Part shown: piece by piece, positions 14,201 to 27,372 of the stretch
Position numbering within the stretch: the first letter of the stretch is position 1
How the letters are laid out: each line of letters starts with the position of its first letter
Assembly (NCBI GenBank): GCA_051294375.1
Contig: CM119266.1
Coordinates: 23,920,411-23,984,410 of the forward strand
Source of the DNA: Paraspadella gotoi
Taxonomy: Eukaryota; Animalia; Chaetognatha
Length of the DNA stretch: 64,000 nt
Direction: 5' to 3'
Translations under genes and position numbers: made by a program
The notes under the pieces: generated by a model
The model's input: the letters and a program-made list of their open reading frames with translations, nothing else
The model's database searches: none
Told to the model about the DNA's origin: nothing

Positions 14201-15186
14201 TTCTTTCTTTCTTCTTTCTCTCACTCTATCTCTCGTCGCGATCGGCACGATTTGCGCGAGGCGGTAGGGGGCGGGGATGGGGCTTTGGGCCCCGCGCGGC
14301 CGCGCTCCATAAAAACGGGCTTTCATTACCCTTATGGGCCGCTTTATGGGGCATCGACGTAAATTCTTTCTTTTTTACTCCTTTTTTTTCTCTCTCCCTT
14401 TTTTCGAGCGTTATTTAGCGGATTATTTTTTATTACTAATATTTTCGAAGATTATGACCTGTGAGAGCGAAATTTAGAAATGGAAAATGGATATCTTGGC
14501 ACTTAAAAAGAGACTCCGTATTAATGCAAAACACAACTACTTTACCGAAGAAAAACAGAATTAAACTGCATATCACGATAGAACTTCTCAAAATAGTCAA
14601 TCTTATTATGTGCAATTGTCGATGAAACAAAGACTTGAAGAAAATAAACTTTAAAAGTTGCGCTGCGGCATCGCGTAGCATTCGCCGATGCATCAAAGAA
14701 AAAGATTTATAAAGAGTCGCTTCGACGAAGAGAAAAGAAAAGAAGAGAAAGTGAGATAGAGCCTCTCTCTCTCTCTCTCTCTCTCCTCCTCTCTCTCTCT
14801 CTCTGCTCTCTCTCTCTCCTCATTCTCCGTCTCCTTAACGATACCCGCGCACAGTTAAAAACCGAACTTAAGAAGGGCGAACTACAGCGTCGGTAGTTTT
14901 TATGGCGCGATTTTTTAAAGGCGGGAAATTCATGATGATTCGTTTCTCTTATTAGCTCTGCGCGAAAGGTTTTACGCGTTCTGCGAGCGTCTCTAAGAAT
15001 CGCGACGACGACGCGACCGCACGACGACGGACGACGACGACGATCTCACAAGTCTGTGAACTATTTCAAAAAGGAACGATGAGGGATCGCCGCCGACCTT
15101 TTACGTCACATAGAATGCGCGCGGTCGGGCTCGTTAAGATCTGAAGACTATCAGAGAGAGAGACGAGAGAGAGAGAGAGAGAGGAT

Positions 15187-15217
<31 letters not shown>

Positions 15218-15719
15218 AGAGATGGAGAGAAGAAGAATGTTGGGAATCTTCTATCAGTATTAAGAATCAAAATATACGTAGTAACATCCATCCATTAATA
15301 AATCTGAGTTATATATCATAAAAATAACTGTTGCGCTACCGTGTGTGATCGAAAGAAACGAGACGAGACATACATACGCGAATTATGCCCACGATAAAAA
15401 CCCATGAATCAAAAGCTCAGGGGAAAAAGTTTCCATTGAAAGGCGTTGCCAACTTTTTTTGTCGGTTTTCATCAAAACAAAAAATTAGGGTTTCATTGAT
15501 CCCTCAATTCGCAAAAGGATAACGCACTGGACGACGGACAACGACGACAATGACGACGAGAAAGTATATATGCAATCGCGATGAGCGACGACCTAGATCC
15601 CGATAGCAAAACGCGCCCATCCCGAGAATATTTGATGCTTTCGTGACCCTGGCACAATAGTTTTACCTTCCGAACATTTTAAACTTATTACAAGAAATTC
15701 TCTTCCCTCTCTCGCTCGT

Positions 15720-15764
<45 letters not shown>

Positions 15765-16169
15765 GAGTCATATACTCAGCTCTCCGAGACGCACCACCGT
15801 CCACCGGACAGCGGGCCGCGCAGCGCTGTGCACCGAGCCGACTTCGACTTCTCGCTGTCCGCTTCTTCCGCTCCGGTCATCGTGCTGGAGATTTTCTCTC
15901 TCTTCGATGGTGGTGAGTCGGGCCTTCTTCCTCACGGTCGAAGAGTCCGAGGAGCGGATCGGAGGGCATCGGCTCCGGGATCTCCTTCTCTCTCTCTTCT
16001 TCTCTCTCTCTCTTCTCTCTTCCTCTCTTACGTCTCTCTTTGCTCTCTCTTTTTGGCCTCTCTATTTCTATCTTTAGTAAACGATTATTAGCAATTACTT
16101 CATTTCAGGTATTTTTTTTCAACCTATTATTTAAAATTGAAACTAATGGTAGTCTACCAAAATTTTTTT

Positions 16170-17060
16170 AAAGAATATTTCACGGTGCAAGCTCGAAATT
16201 TGTTGATGCTCGACTTGATTGTAAAAAATTTTTTTTTCGCTACTATTTGACTCTGCATACGTACCTCGCGTCGTTAAAAAAATTGGCAAATTTATTTATA
16301 TACATGACTCTTATTTGCCGGCATCCTTTTTTATCTTTATCATATTTTTCAATTTTGTTTTTCACGCGCATCAGTTCTTAAATCATTATTGTTTAGAGAT
16401 TTATTATCTTTTTAGTAATATTATTATAATTTTTTACGCTCAAATTCTTAAAATTAAAAAAATAGGACTACAAATATTCAGCATAGCGTCAATTTTTTTC
16501 ACTCGGTTATTAAATTTTCTGGTTATACCATTATTCTCTTCATAAAATTTTCTCCCCCCCCGCTCGGGGCGGTTTCTTTATTACTTTTCCTTATTTATTT
16601 TTTTTTTGTTGTCATTTGGTTTATTTTATTGTTCTCCAATTTTGTTAATGATTTTTTCTTTCGATTCCTTTTTTCTTTCTTTCTTCTTCGTTTCTATTTC
16701 TTTCTTTTCTTTGTTTTCTTCTTTTTTTCAAAAAAAAACTCCCGGATCCTGCGCGAACCCATAATCGGAACCGCTCGGAGGCTGAGAGAGAGACTCGGTT
16801 TATGGTGGCACGAGCGGTAAGAGAGATGGAGAAAAGAGGTAATGTTCGCCGCTGCGCAACGCTCCGATCGGATCGACTTTGCAGAGCCCCGCTGGATCCG
16901 GAGAGTATATAGGAGAAGGAAGAGGTAGAGAGCTTAGAAGCCAGCGAGCGAAGTTAAGTGCGAATGGCAGGGGATGCAGCCGCTCTGCCGCCCCGCCGGG
17001 CTTGCTCTCCGGTGACGTCTCGCTGGATACGAGCGGGCTTTCTGGTTATAGCCGATTGCT
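16170..17060. repeat. Inverted duplicate A, arm 1 (pairs with 36460-37300)
   Basis: Shared anchors in reverse complement: AACCCATAATCG, CCGCTCGG, GAGACTCGG, CGACTTTG, GGATCCGG, AGGAGAAGGAAGAGG, AGTGCGAA. Both copies are noisy. Confidence 0.8.
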
Positions 17061-19585
17061 GCTGCTCTACTCTCCTCTCTCTCGTCGATCTTCTCCTCTC
17101 TCTCTCTCTCTCCTCTCCTCTCTCTCTCTCTCTTTCTCTCTCTCTCCTCCTCTTCGCTTCGGATTCTTTTATTTTCGAAAGAGAGTGGGAAAAATCAATA
17201 GTCGAGTTAATAATAATCAACCGGACTCTTGAAAATCTGAATTTATTACCTGCTTTTTGTAAAGACTAGGGGGCCGTCTGCAAACGAACCGGGCGAGAGG
17301 ACCACCCTGGGATGCATCGACGGAAAAATGATGAGACGATAGCGAGAGAGAGCAGATGCGCGAGAGCAGAGAGAGGAGAGAGAGGAGAGAGAGCTGAGAG
17401 AAAGAGAGAGAGAGAGAGAGAGAGGAGATAAGAGGAGAGATGATGAGATGTTAAAATTGAAAAACATGTTGCGCTTCCTACTCTCAATGGCAGGAGAAGG
17501 GGCGTCGGCCGNNNNNNNNNNNNNNNNNNNNNNNNNTGAGAGAGAAGGATTAGAGAGAGAGAGAGAGAGAGAGAACTCTCTTCTCTTTTTTGGGGGGCCA
17601 CTTCGTAAATTTTTAACTACTTTGCCAACCTTTTTTAATCGTTAGACATTTTTGAGTGGTCGTAAATTAATCTTTTAGCTAAGTTTGATTCTAAAATTGG
17701 TACAAAGAAAAAGGGTTAATAGACGTTATAGTTAGAAAGGAAATGAAAATAAAAAATAGATTTAATTGTTTTAGTTCGTCAATTCTTCTCTATTGTTTTT
17801 ATGAAAGTAAGAGAGGGAGAGAGAGANNNNNNNNNNNNNNNNNNNNNNNNNNNNNNNNNNNNNNNNNNNNNNNNNNNNNNNNNNNNNNNNNNNNNNNNNN
17901 NNNNNNNNNNNNNNNNNNNNNNNNNNNNNNNNNNNNNNNNNNNNNNNNNNNNNNNNNNNNNNNNNNNNNNNNNNNNNNNNNNNNNNNNNNNNNNNNNNNN
18001 NNNNNNNNNNNNNNNNNNNNNNNNNNNNNNNNNNNNNNNNNTTTTTTTTGTTTTTAACCACCCATAAAAAACATTAAAACTACTCGGGAGTAATTAAATC
18101 GAAGCCCAGCGGAGGCAGCGATGCTTTGGCGGGGCAAAGAAACCCATAAATCCTNNNNNNNNNNNNNNNNNNNNNNNNNNNNNNNNNNNNNNNNNNNNNN
18201 NNNNNNNNNNNNNNNNNNNNNNNNNNNNNNNNNNNNNNNNNNNNNNNNNNNNNNNNNNNNNNNNNNNNNNNNNNNNNNNNNNNNNNNNNNNNNNNNCCAC
18301 TTAACAAAGGAGCGAAATAAAAAGTCGAAGCACATACAACAGAGCTCCAGGGCTATACTCTTACTCACATAAATAGTTCCCTTACGATAATTCTTTTTTT
18401 TTAATTGTCAAAATGTGTTCACAACACTGAATTTCGTTAAAAAGATGGTCTTACTTATAACTGATAAATTTTTGTAAACTTTTATGACGCAATGAATTTG
18501 GTACAAGTACAACCAATATAAAGATTATCCATTCATTTATCAAAGAAGCTGTGGTTTCCCCTGATTTTGCTTCCTTCCCTCGTAAAAGATAATAACATAG
18601 CAGGACCCTTTCCAAGCTTTCGATCTAGACTATCCAGTTTATTCACTCCCAAAGTACCAGTCTTCCCTATTAATGAAGAGGTATAATGTTTCATAGAAAG
18701 TTTCAATCGCATAAAAATTGATCTTCATAAAAAAAAGGCGCACCTGCTCCTTTCTCGTCCAAAACGAATCCCCAGAGCAACGATTCAGAAAAACCGGGAG
18801 ATCGAGAGAAGGAGGTCTTTAGCCTCCATTAATTAAAAAATGCCCAATTACGCAGCAGAGAAGATATTTCATCGCCGAATTAAACATCGAAGGTTTTTAC
18901 AAAGAGGGGGATCGTAAACGAATGTAAATAAGGTAATTAAAGGTTATCAACTCAAAAAATTCCCCTTGGATTGTGAGCTTAATTGGATCTGAATGTAAAC
19001 TTGAGCGTGGGATTCGTGTATAAATACCTGAAACTGTAATTTAATTACAGAATTAAGAGCTAAACCTCTATAGTGAGTCGAGCTGCGCGCAAATAAATTA
19101 TCAAATAAACAAAAAAAAAAAAAAAAATTCCAAGTCAACTTTTTTTGCGAAAAAAGTTTTGAAGAAAAAGTTTTTCCCCGAGATCAGGTTGAGTCGATGG
19201 GATTTACGCTAACTCATCAATGCCCATAAAAGTNNNNNNNNNNNNNNNNNNNNNNNNNNNNNNNNNNNNNNNNNNNNNNNNNNNNNNNNNNNNNNNNNNN
19301 NNNNNNNNNNNNNNNNNNNNNNNNNNNNNNNNNNNNNNNNNNNNNNNNNNNNNNNNNNNNNNNNNNNNNNNNNNNNNNNNNNNNNNNNNNNNNNNNNNNN
19401 NNNNNNNNNNNNNNNNNNNNNNNNNNNNNNNNNNNNNNNNNNNNNNNNNNNNNNNNNNNNNNNNNNNNNNNNNNNNNNNNNNNNNNNNNNNNNNNNNNNN
19501 NNNNNNNNNNNNNNNNNNNCTCCCCTTCTTCGACCGACTCGGCCATTTTTGGGTCAAACATTCTTTCCCATTTTGGCAACTGCTT

Positions 19586-19718
19586 CTGTAGACTAAACCA
19601 GTGAACTACTTATCCTAAAAACTTATTTCAGTACTTATTCAGTACTTATTCTGTAGACTAAACGAGTGAATGACTTATCCTATGCCAACTTGTGAATTCC
19701 TAAAAACTTATTCAGTAC
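19586..19718. repeat. Nested short direct repeats
   Basis: CTGTAGACTAAAC.AGTGAA twice, ACTTATT(T)CAGT three times, CCTAAAAACTTATT twice. Confidence 0.7.
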
Positions 19719-20951
19719 AAATCGTTTCCTTCGAGTAAAAACGTTAACAATTATTGATAAAATAAAAAAGCTCCAGGATATCGATTNNNNNNNNNNNNNN
19801 NNNNNNNNNNNNNNNNNNNNNNNNNNNNNNNNNNNNNNNNNNNNNNNNNNNNNNNNNNNNNNNNNNNNNNNNNNNNNNNNNNNNNNNNNNNNNNNNNNNN
19901 NNNNNNNNNNNNNNNNNNNNNNNNNNNNNNNNNNNNNNNNNNNNNNNNNNNNNNNGCCGCCCCTTTGCTCCGCCCTAAAAGGAACACCCTGTGCCCGATC
20001 TTACGTCTGTCCGTCTGTCCGTCAGTCCGCCCAGTTAAAAAGCTCTCGAGACTGTTTGGTCTGTCAGATTTTCGTCGAGAACGAAGGAAGGAGAGGCTGC
20101 GCTCTGGGCTCCTCTGTATCTTTGATAGAATATTAGAAACATTTTTTTTCTCACGAAGGCCTTAAGTTCTTTAAATTATCTTTGTTCGTTAAAAATGAAC
20201 TAAAGAATACGTTAATTAAATTGACGTACGGCTTATTATTGACACCAGTTTGTCAGCATTCATAAAACATCTTTAACCCCCCCACTGCACTCCTGCCCTG
20301 CCCCGTTCAATAACTCGTTTCCGCCCAACCATTTCCCTTCTCTCTATCGGATGCCCCTCTCTCTCCCCACCGCCGNNNNNNNNNNNNNNNNNNNNNNNNN
20401 NNNNNNNNNNNNNNNNTCGATGGTATTGTTTATCTGCGTCTGTCCCGTTGTTTGGACAGCGTTTATACGAATATCATCGCTTCGATAAATTGAGTGGCTC
20501 AATGCAGTCGATGCAGTCGATGCAATCACCCCGATGCGATCAATGACGGAAAGGATCCGATGCCATCGAGAATGCAAACATTGCCATCGGTCATTCGTCG
20601 TCGCAGTTTACAACATTTGAGTCGATTCGTCTTGAGGAAGACTTGTAATTAATAACTTTTCTCCTTTGATTAAACACAAACAAAAAAGAAATATCTAGCG
20701 TCTACTAATGGGCCAAAAAAGTCGTAAATTTCACTTTGAAATTCGGTTCCTTAAATTATCTCTACCGCGCTGTTGCTCTCAAAAAATACTCGATGCGTTA
20801 CGAACACACGAAACGAAAGAAAGAAAAAANNNNNNNNNNNNNNNNNNNNNNNNNNNNNNNNNNNNNNNNNNNNNNNNNNNNNNNNNNNNNNNNNNNNNNN
20901 NNNNNNNNNNNNNNNNNNNNNNNNNNNNNNNNNNNNNNNNNNNNNNNNNNN

Positions 20952-20984
<33 letters not shown>

Positions 20985-21457
20985 AAGAAATTAAATCGCT
21001 CGCTAACAGTAATTATCGACCAGTTGTTCCGACCACCTCGAAATATTTTTCTCGTGTTTTTCGACCTTTTGAACCGAGGAAGGGGGATACGGTTTTTTAT
21101 ATTTTATAAACATTTACGGGAAAAAAATGTTAAGCTTAATTTTCCCTTTTTCGGTCTTATCAGAAAGTCGTAAAGGCAGGAATGAGCAGGCGATAAGCGA
21201 GACTGTGAGAGAGTCAACTAAGAAAACAACTAAACGGTAAACCTGAATTTGATCGAGAAAAAAAAAACTACCAAGTTCCAATGCACCTACACTAATGTGC
21301 TATTTGAAAATCAATGGACCAAAAATAATAAAAATATCTTCAATGATCCGCGACATAAAATAAAGTCTGAAAAAAAAAGGGGAAAAAAAATTTAAAAACT
21401 GATCAAGCAAGCAAAAGGCAGTGCTTTCTGGCCTTTTTCGGAAATGTAAACAAAAAC

Positions 21458-22431
21458 NNNNNNNNNNNNNNNNNNNNNNNNNNNNNNNNNNNNNNNNNNN
21501 NNNNNNNNNNNNNNNNNNNNNNNNNNNNNNNNNNNNNNNNNNNNNNNNNNNNNNNNNNNNNNNNNNNNNNNNNNNNNNNNNNNNNNNNNNNNNNNNNNNN
21601 NNNNNNNNNNNNNNNNNNNNNNNNNNNNNNNNNNNNNNNNNNNNNNNNNNNNNNNNNNNNNNNNNNNNNNNNNNNNNNNNNNNNNNNNNNNNNNNNNNNN
21701 NNNNNNNNNNNNNNNNNNNNNNNNNNNNNNNNNNNNNNNNNNNNNNNNNNNNNNNNNNNNNNNNNNNNNNNNNNNNNNNNNNNNNNNNNNNNNNNNNNNN
21801 NNNNNNNNNNNNNNNNNNNNNNNNNNNNNNNNNNNNNNNNNNNNNNNNNNNNNNNNNNNNNNNNNNNNNNNNNNNNNNNNNNNNNNNNNNNNNNNNNNNN
21901 NNNNNNNNNNNNNNNNNNNNNNNNNNNNNNNNNNNNNNNNNNNNNNNNNNNNNNNNNNNNNNNNNNNNNNNNNNNNNNNNNNNNNNNNNNNNNNNNNNNN
22001 NNNNNNNNNNNNNNNNNNNNNNNNNNNNNNNNNNNNNNNNNNNNNNNNNNNNNNNNNNNNNNNNNNNNNNNNNNNNNNNNNNNNNNNNNNNNNNNNNNNN
22101 NNNNNNNNNNNNNNNNNNNNNNNNNNNNNNNNNNNNNNNNNNNNNNNNNNNNNNNNNNNNNNNNNNNNNNNNNNNNNNNNNNNNNNNNNNNNNNNNNNNN
22201 NNNNNNNNNNNNNNNNNNNNNNNNNNNNNNNNNNNNNNNNNNNNNNNNNNNNNNNNNNNNNNNNNNNNNNNNNNNNNNNNNNNNNNNNNNNNNNNNNNNN
22301 NNNNNNNNNNNNNNNNNNNNNNNNNNNNNNNNNNNNNNNNNNNNNNNNNNNNNNNNNNNNNNNNNNNNNNNNNNNNNNNNNNNNNNNNNNNNNNNNNNNN
22401 NNNNNNNNNNNNNNNNNNNNNNNNNNNNNNN
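21458..22431. other. Assembly gap (about 970 N), largest in the window, just 3' of Hox exon 1
   Basis: N run; large enough to hold a homeobox exon. Confidence 0.99.
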
Positions 22432-22792
22432 TTTTAAAGAGACGCTAAAGTAAATTATTAGGTAAATTATTTGGTGGTTGAGTAAATCAAACTGCCTGTN
22501 NNNNNNNNNAACGCCGAGGATTCTATTTTTAATGGAACGTTTTTCTTATGATTTTTTAAATGACGAAAGTAAAATAATGATATTTTATAAGAAATTATAT
22601 GATAAAAAAATATTTATTTACGTCGATTTTATTTTTTTTAAATTATTTGGTGGTTGAGTAAATCAAACTGTCTGTTCATCAGTTACTAGTCATTTGTTAC
22701 ATATGTATATTTAAATCATTGTACAATCCCAGTCAATTCAGTCGCGAAATTCCCACCAAACAGTCACACTGTTTCACAACCCCTCAACTCAC

Positions 22793-23378
22793 CGGCCGAG
22801 GCCATCCAGGGGTAGATGGTCGCCGTGTGACAAGTCATGTTGCTGATGTCGGAGAAGGAACATTGCGACAGCGACGCCGCCGCAGCCTGATGCTGCAACG
22901 CCTGGTGTTGCAAAGCTGCGGCCGAGTCGAGCAGACCCTGGCCGCCGAAGGCCGCGGCCGCAGCGGCAGAAGGGTGATGGGGGTTGGCGTTGGCCTGCCC
23001 GTAGGCAGCGGCGGCGGCGCTGGATGGAAACGACGCCAGCGACGAGTAGGAGGAGTAAGGGACGCCACCGCCGGCGCTGTGGGACCCGTGGTGATGGTGG
23101 TGAGCGTGATGGGCGCCGCCGGCTCCGGCGCCGGAATTTGCGGCGGCAGCGCGACCCAACGACGCCGCAAAGTTGTTGTTGAAGAGAGAAGACTTGACGG
23201 ACTCGGTGAAGTTGTCGGCGGCGGCGGCTGCGGCGGCGTCGGCGGCGGTCGAGGCGGACTTGGACCAGGCCGAGTTGAAGTCGTGGTATTGCGAGGTGAG
23301 GGAATGCATGGACTCGGCCAGGCGCGGTTCCGATTGGTAGTTGGGTAGGAAGTGGTTCAACCCGTAGGAGGCCGCCAT
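22793..23378 (-). CDS. Coding exon 1 of a central-class Hox transcription factor (Antp/Ubx/abd-A/Lox2/Lox4 group); homeobox exon not in resolved sequence
   Basis: GC-rich frame of 195 codons plus 1 nt from ATG in ACAATGG context. N-terminus MAASYGLNHFLPNY resembles the Hox SSYF-type motif; poly-Ala and poly-His tracts; ends TIYPWMASA-G (Pbx/Exd-binding hexapeptide, cf. Ubx FYPWMAIAG) directly followed by a consensus phase-1 donor G|GTGAGT (22792-22787). The last residues of the ORF track entry (ELRGCETV) are intronic. Confidence 0.93.
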
Positions 23379-26300
23379 TGTCTTTTTTTTTTTTTTTTTT
23401 ATTAGACCGAGCGGTGGGAGGGGGGGCGTTTGTTTATTAACGATTCGAAGAATTGCGTTTCGTTTTATTACTTTGTTTCGAGATAAAAGAAATAAAACTG
23501 TTTCTTCCTCGTTTTTTTCTTTTGTCGTTTATTTTTGACTCGTCGTCGTCAGTGTCTCTATTTTCTTGTATTGTTCGCCTTTTTTTTATTCAGAAAATGA
23601 AATCTGAAGGAGAGAGAGAAAAAGAAAGAAACAAAATCAGTAAAGAAAAAGAAGTCAATAGGGAAAATGAGAAAAAGGGAGAGAAGTCAACCGTAAATCT
23701 GTCTTCTTCTTATTCTTGAGATGCGAAGAGACAACAAAAGATTCTACTCGAACAATTATTACTTTTCTTCTTTATTGTTGTTCTTTTGTTCGTCGTCTCG
23801 CGTATCGATTTTCTTTTAATATATATTTCTTTTATTATTCTTTTTTTTTTTTGCACGTGAGTCGCCGGCCCAGTTTTGGCGAAAAGGCGATTTTTTTTTG
23901 TTTTACGCGTCGTAAAAACGTTTTCGCTCCGTCTCACTCTTTCTCTCTCGCTCGAGTTGTCTCTACTTCGTGTTACGGTCGCGTTGCATCGATGAAGATG
24001 GAGAAAGAAAGATAGAGAGAGAGTGAGAGAGAGAATCGCGACGGGAGAGATAGAGACTTGAGTCTATTTTACTTTCTCTCTCTCGTTCTCACTCTCAAGA
24101 AAGAGGGGGGGAGAGAATCGCCAGGGGGGGCGTCGTTGAATATCGCGGCGGAAAAAAAAAATATATATAACGTGGCTTCGTCGCAGTAAAAGTCAAAGAG
24201 GATGAGTCGAGGAACAAAAAGGAGGAGGGGGAGGGGAGGAAGAGGAGGAGTGAATGAGGAGGAGGAGGAGCAACGCGGACTTTTACGCCGAAGACGATGA
24301 TGATGATGACGACTGTAAAAAAGAGAGCGAGAGAAAGAGAGACAGAGACACACAATTCGAAAACGGGTTAGTGTAAGGTAGGAGAGATATAAAAAACCTC
24401 TACGTTGTAACGAGGATGCTACGACGACGTGATGACACTAAACGCCGCCGTAAACCGTCGGTCGCTCAAACAGCGAAGAGAGAAAGAGGAGAAAGAGAGA
24501 GAGAGAGAGAGAGAGAAGAGAGATGCGAGACGAGAGAGAGAAGAGAGATGAGAGAAGAACGAGAGAGATGTAGAGAGAGAGAGAGATAACGTTCTCTCTT
24601 TTCGAGAATCCGGTGTGGCGCGCCGCTGGCTTCTTCCCCCGAAACTGCTCACTTGCGACGAAAACGCGACGAAATACGACGAAGACGACGACGACGACGA
24701 CGTGGAAGAGCGACGAACGCGGATGACATTCCAAATTTCGCCGCGCGAGTTTGGGTATAGAGAAGCCAGAGCAGAGATGGAGAGAGGGATTTGAGAGAGA
24801 GAAGAGAGAGAGAGATGAGAGAGAGACGAGAGAGAGGAGAGAGAGAGAGAGGAGAGAGAAGAGAGATCGACGAGAGATTGGAGAGAGAGACGAGACGAGT
24901 TGGAGCGCGCGCGATGCTGTATTCGCAGCGTCGCCGCGGCAGCTGAGTGCGATCCGGATCGAAAGTGAAACGAAAGAATATTTTTCTCGTTCCCGTTCCT
25001 TCATCTCTGTAATGAAGAGAGATAGAAGAAGGAGAAAAAATGACATGAATTAGAGGAAGACATGAATGAGGATGAATAAATGAATGTATCAGATGAATGC
25101 AGAGAAATAAAGGGAATAAATGACGATGAATGAATTTAGCACATGCAACGTCTGGAATTAGTGAATGATATGAATGAAGCGAATGAATGAATGAATGGAA
25201 CTCTCTCTTCTGTNNNNNNNNNNNNNNNNNNNNNNNNNNNNNNNNNNNNNNNNNNNNNNNNNNNNNNNNNNNNNNNNNNNNNNNNNNNNNNNNNNNNNNN
25301 NNNNNNNNNNNNNNNNNNNNNNNNNNNNNNNNNNNNNNNNNNNNNNNNNNNNNNNNNNNNNNNNNNNNNNNNNNNNNNNNNNNNNNNNNNNNNNNNNNNN
25401 NNNNNNNNNNNNNNNNNNNNNNNNNNNNNNNNNNNNNNNNNNNNNNNNNNNNNNNNNNNNNNNNNNNNNNNNNNNNNNNNNNNNNNNNNNNNNNNNNNNN
25501 NNNNNNNNNNNNNNNNNNNNNNNNNNNNNNNNNNNNNNNNNNNNNNNNNNNNNNNNNNNNNNNNNNNNNNNNNNNNNNNNNNNNNNNNNNNNNNNNNNNN
25601 NNNNNNNNNNNNNNNNNNNNNNNNNNNNNNNNNNNNNNNNNNNNNNNNNNNNNNNNNNNNNNNNNNNNNNNNNNNNNNNNNNNNNNNNNNNNNNNNNNNN
25701 NNNNNNNNNNNNNNNNNNNNNNNNNNNNNNNNNNNNNNNNNNNNNNNNNNNNNNNNNNNNNNNNNNNNNNNNNNNNNNNNNNNNNNNNNNNNNNNNNNNN
25801 NNNNNNNNNNNNNNNNNNNNNNNNNNNNNNNNNNNNNNNNNNNNNNNNNNNNNNNNNNNNNNNNNNNNNNNNNNNNNNNNNNNNNNNNNNNNNNNNNNNN
25901 NNNNNNNNNNNNNNNNNNNNNNNNNNNNNNNNNNNNNNNNNNNNNNNNNNNNNNNNNNNNNNNNNNTCTCTCTCTCTCTCTCTCTCCCTCCTCCTCTTAT
26001 TCGAATTCGCTGAGAAGAAAACCGTCGACGACGGAGCCACTGGTGCCGCCTGACGGAGAAACGAGGGAACGACGACTCGGTTCGATTATCTCGCTCTCGC
26101 TCGCGCTCTGTCCATTCCGAAATCCCGTCCCGTTGGGAGGGCGTGCGTCTCGCCGGTCGTCTGAGGGCGGCGGCGTTGTCGGGCGCGTTGCCGGGCGAGG
26201 CGAGGAGGGATTGCGGCGCCAAACAGGGCGTTTCGCTTCTCTCCGTGTCTGGCTTTGTGAATGGCGGCGGATTTTAAAAAGTCGTAGAGAAGTAATGGGA

Positions 26301-27302
26301 AATGGTTGGTTTAATAGTTTTCATATTTATCGTCCATTTATTAGTTTTTGTCAGATATTTTTGCCGCCGTAAACATATGATTTAATTTGGTACTTGTTAT
26401 GTATAAAATACCTTCGATTGTCAATTAAAGACACCCACGGAGAAATAATAATCCAGCGAACATGCAATTATTCATCGGAACGGAAAAATAAAGCATCTTT
26501 CGGAAAAATTTTCCTCGTTCCGAGGAAGAAGAAAAAATAATAATTATAAATCAAGTTATCCCCGGAAAATTGTACCTGGTAAATTTGCCAACTGCGGCCG
26601 AGAGACAAGTGATATATTAGCCGAAGAAAATATATATTTTTCTTGCTTACTTGACGTTTATTGGTTGGCAGTATCAAAGAGTACATAATAACCCGTCCGA
26701 CTGGTAAATTAGAGCCGACGCGAAATCCCTTCCTCGCATGAAATCTTGAAATGAGAAAAAAAAAATAGGAAGGGATTTTTGGATGTCAAGACGGACGAAT
26801 GTTGAAAAGGAAAGAAAAAGTAAACGGACCCAAGCAAAGAAGNNNNNNNNNNNNNNNNNNNNNNNNNNNNNNNNNNNNNNNNNNNNNNNNNNNNNNNNNN
26901 NNNNNNNNNNNNNNNNNNNNNNNNNNNNNNNNNNNNNNNNNNNNNNNNNNNNNNNNNNNNNNNNNNNNNNNNNNNNNNNNNNNNNNNNNNNNNNNNNNNN
27001 NNNNNNNNNNNNNNNNNNNNNNNNNNNNNNNNNNNNNNNNNNNNNNNNNNNNNNNNNNNNNNNNNNNNNNNNNNNNNNNNNNNNNNNNNNNNNNNNNNNN
27101 NNNNNNNNNNNNNNNNNNNNNNNNNNNNNNNNNNNNNNNNNNNNNNNNNNNNNNNNNNNNNNNNNNNNNNNNNNNNNNNNNNNNNNNNNNNNNNNNNNNN
27201 NNNNNNNNNNNNAGGGGATCGCACGACCTTGACCACGATTTTCTCGTTACTGGCACGCAATCTATTTCCCGAAATTCTCCTTTGAAGAACGAAATGAAGT
27301 TG

Positions 27303-27372
27303 AGGCGGCGGCGGCGGCGAAGGCAGCGAAGGCGGCGGCGGCGAAGGCGGCGGCGGCGAAGGCGGCGGCGGC
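27303..27372. repeat. (GGC)n / GAAGGCGGCGGCGGC compound repeat
   Basis: Directly visible. Confidence 0.85.

Noticed and set aside
22719-23348. 209-aa plus-strand ORF and 111-aa alternative-frame ORF over the Hox exon
   Set aside because: Shadow frames of a GC-rich coding exon.
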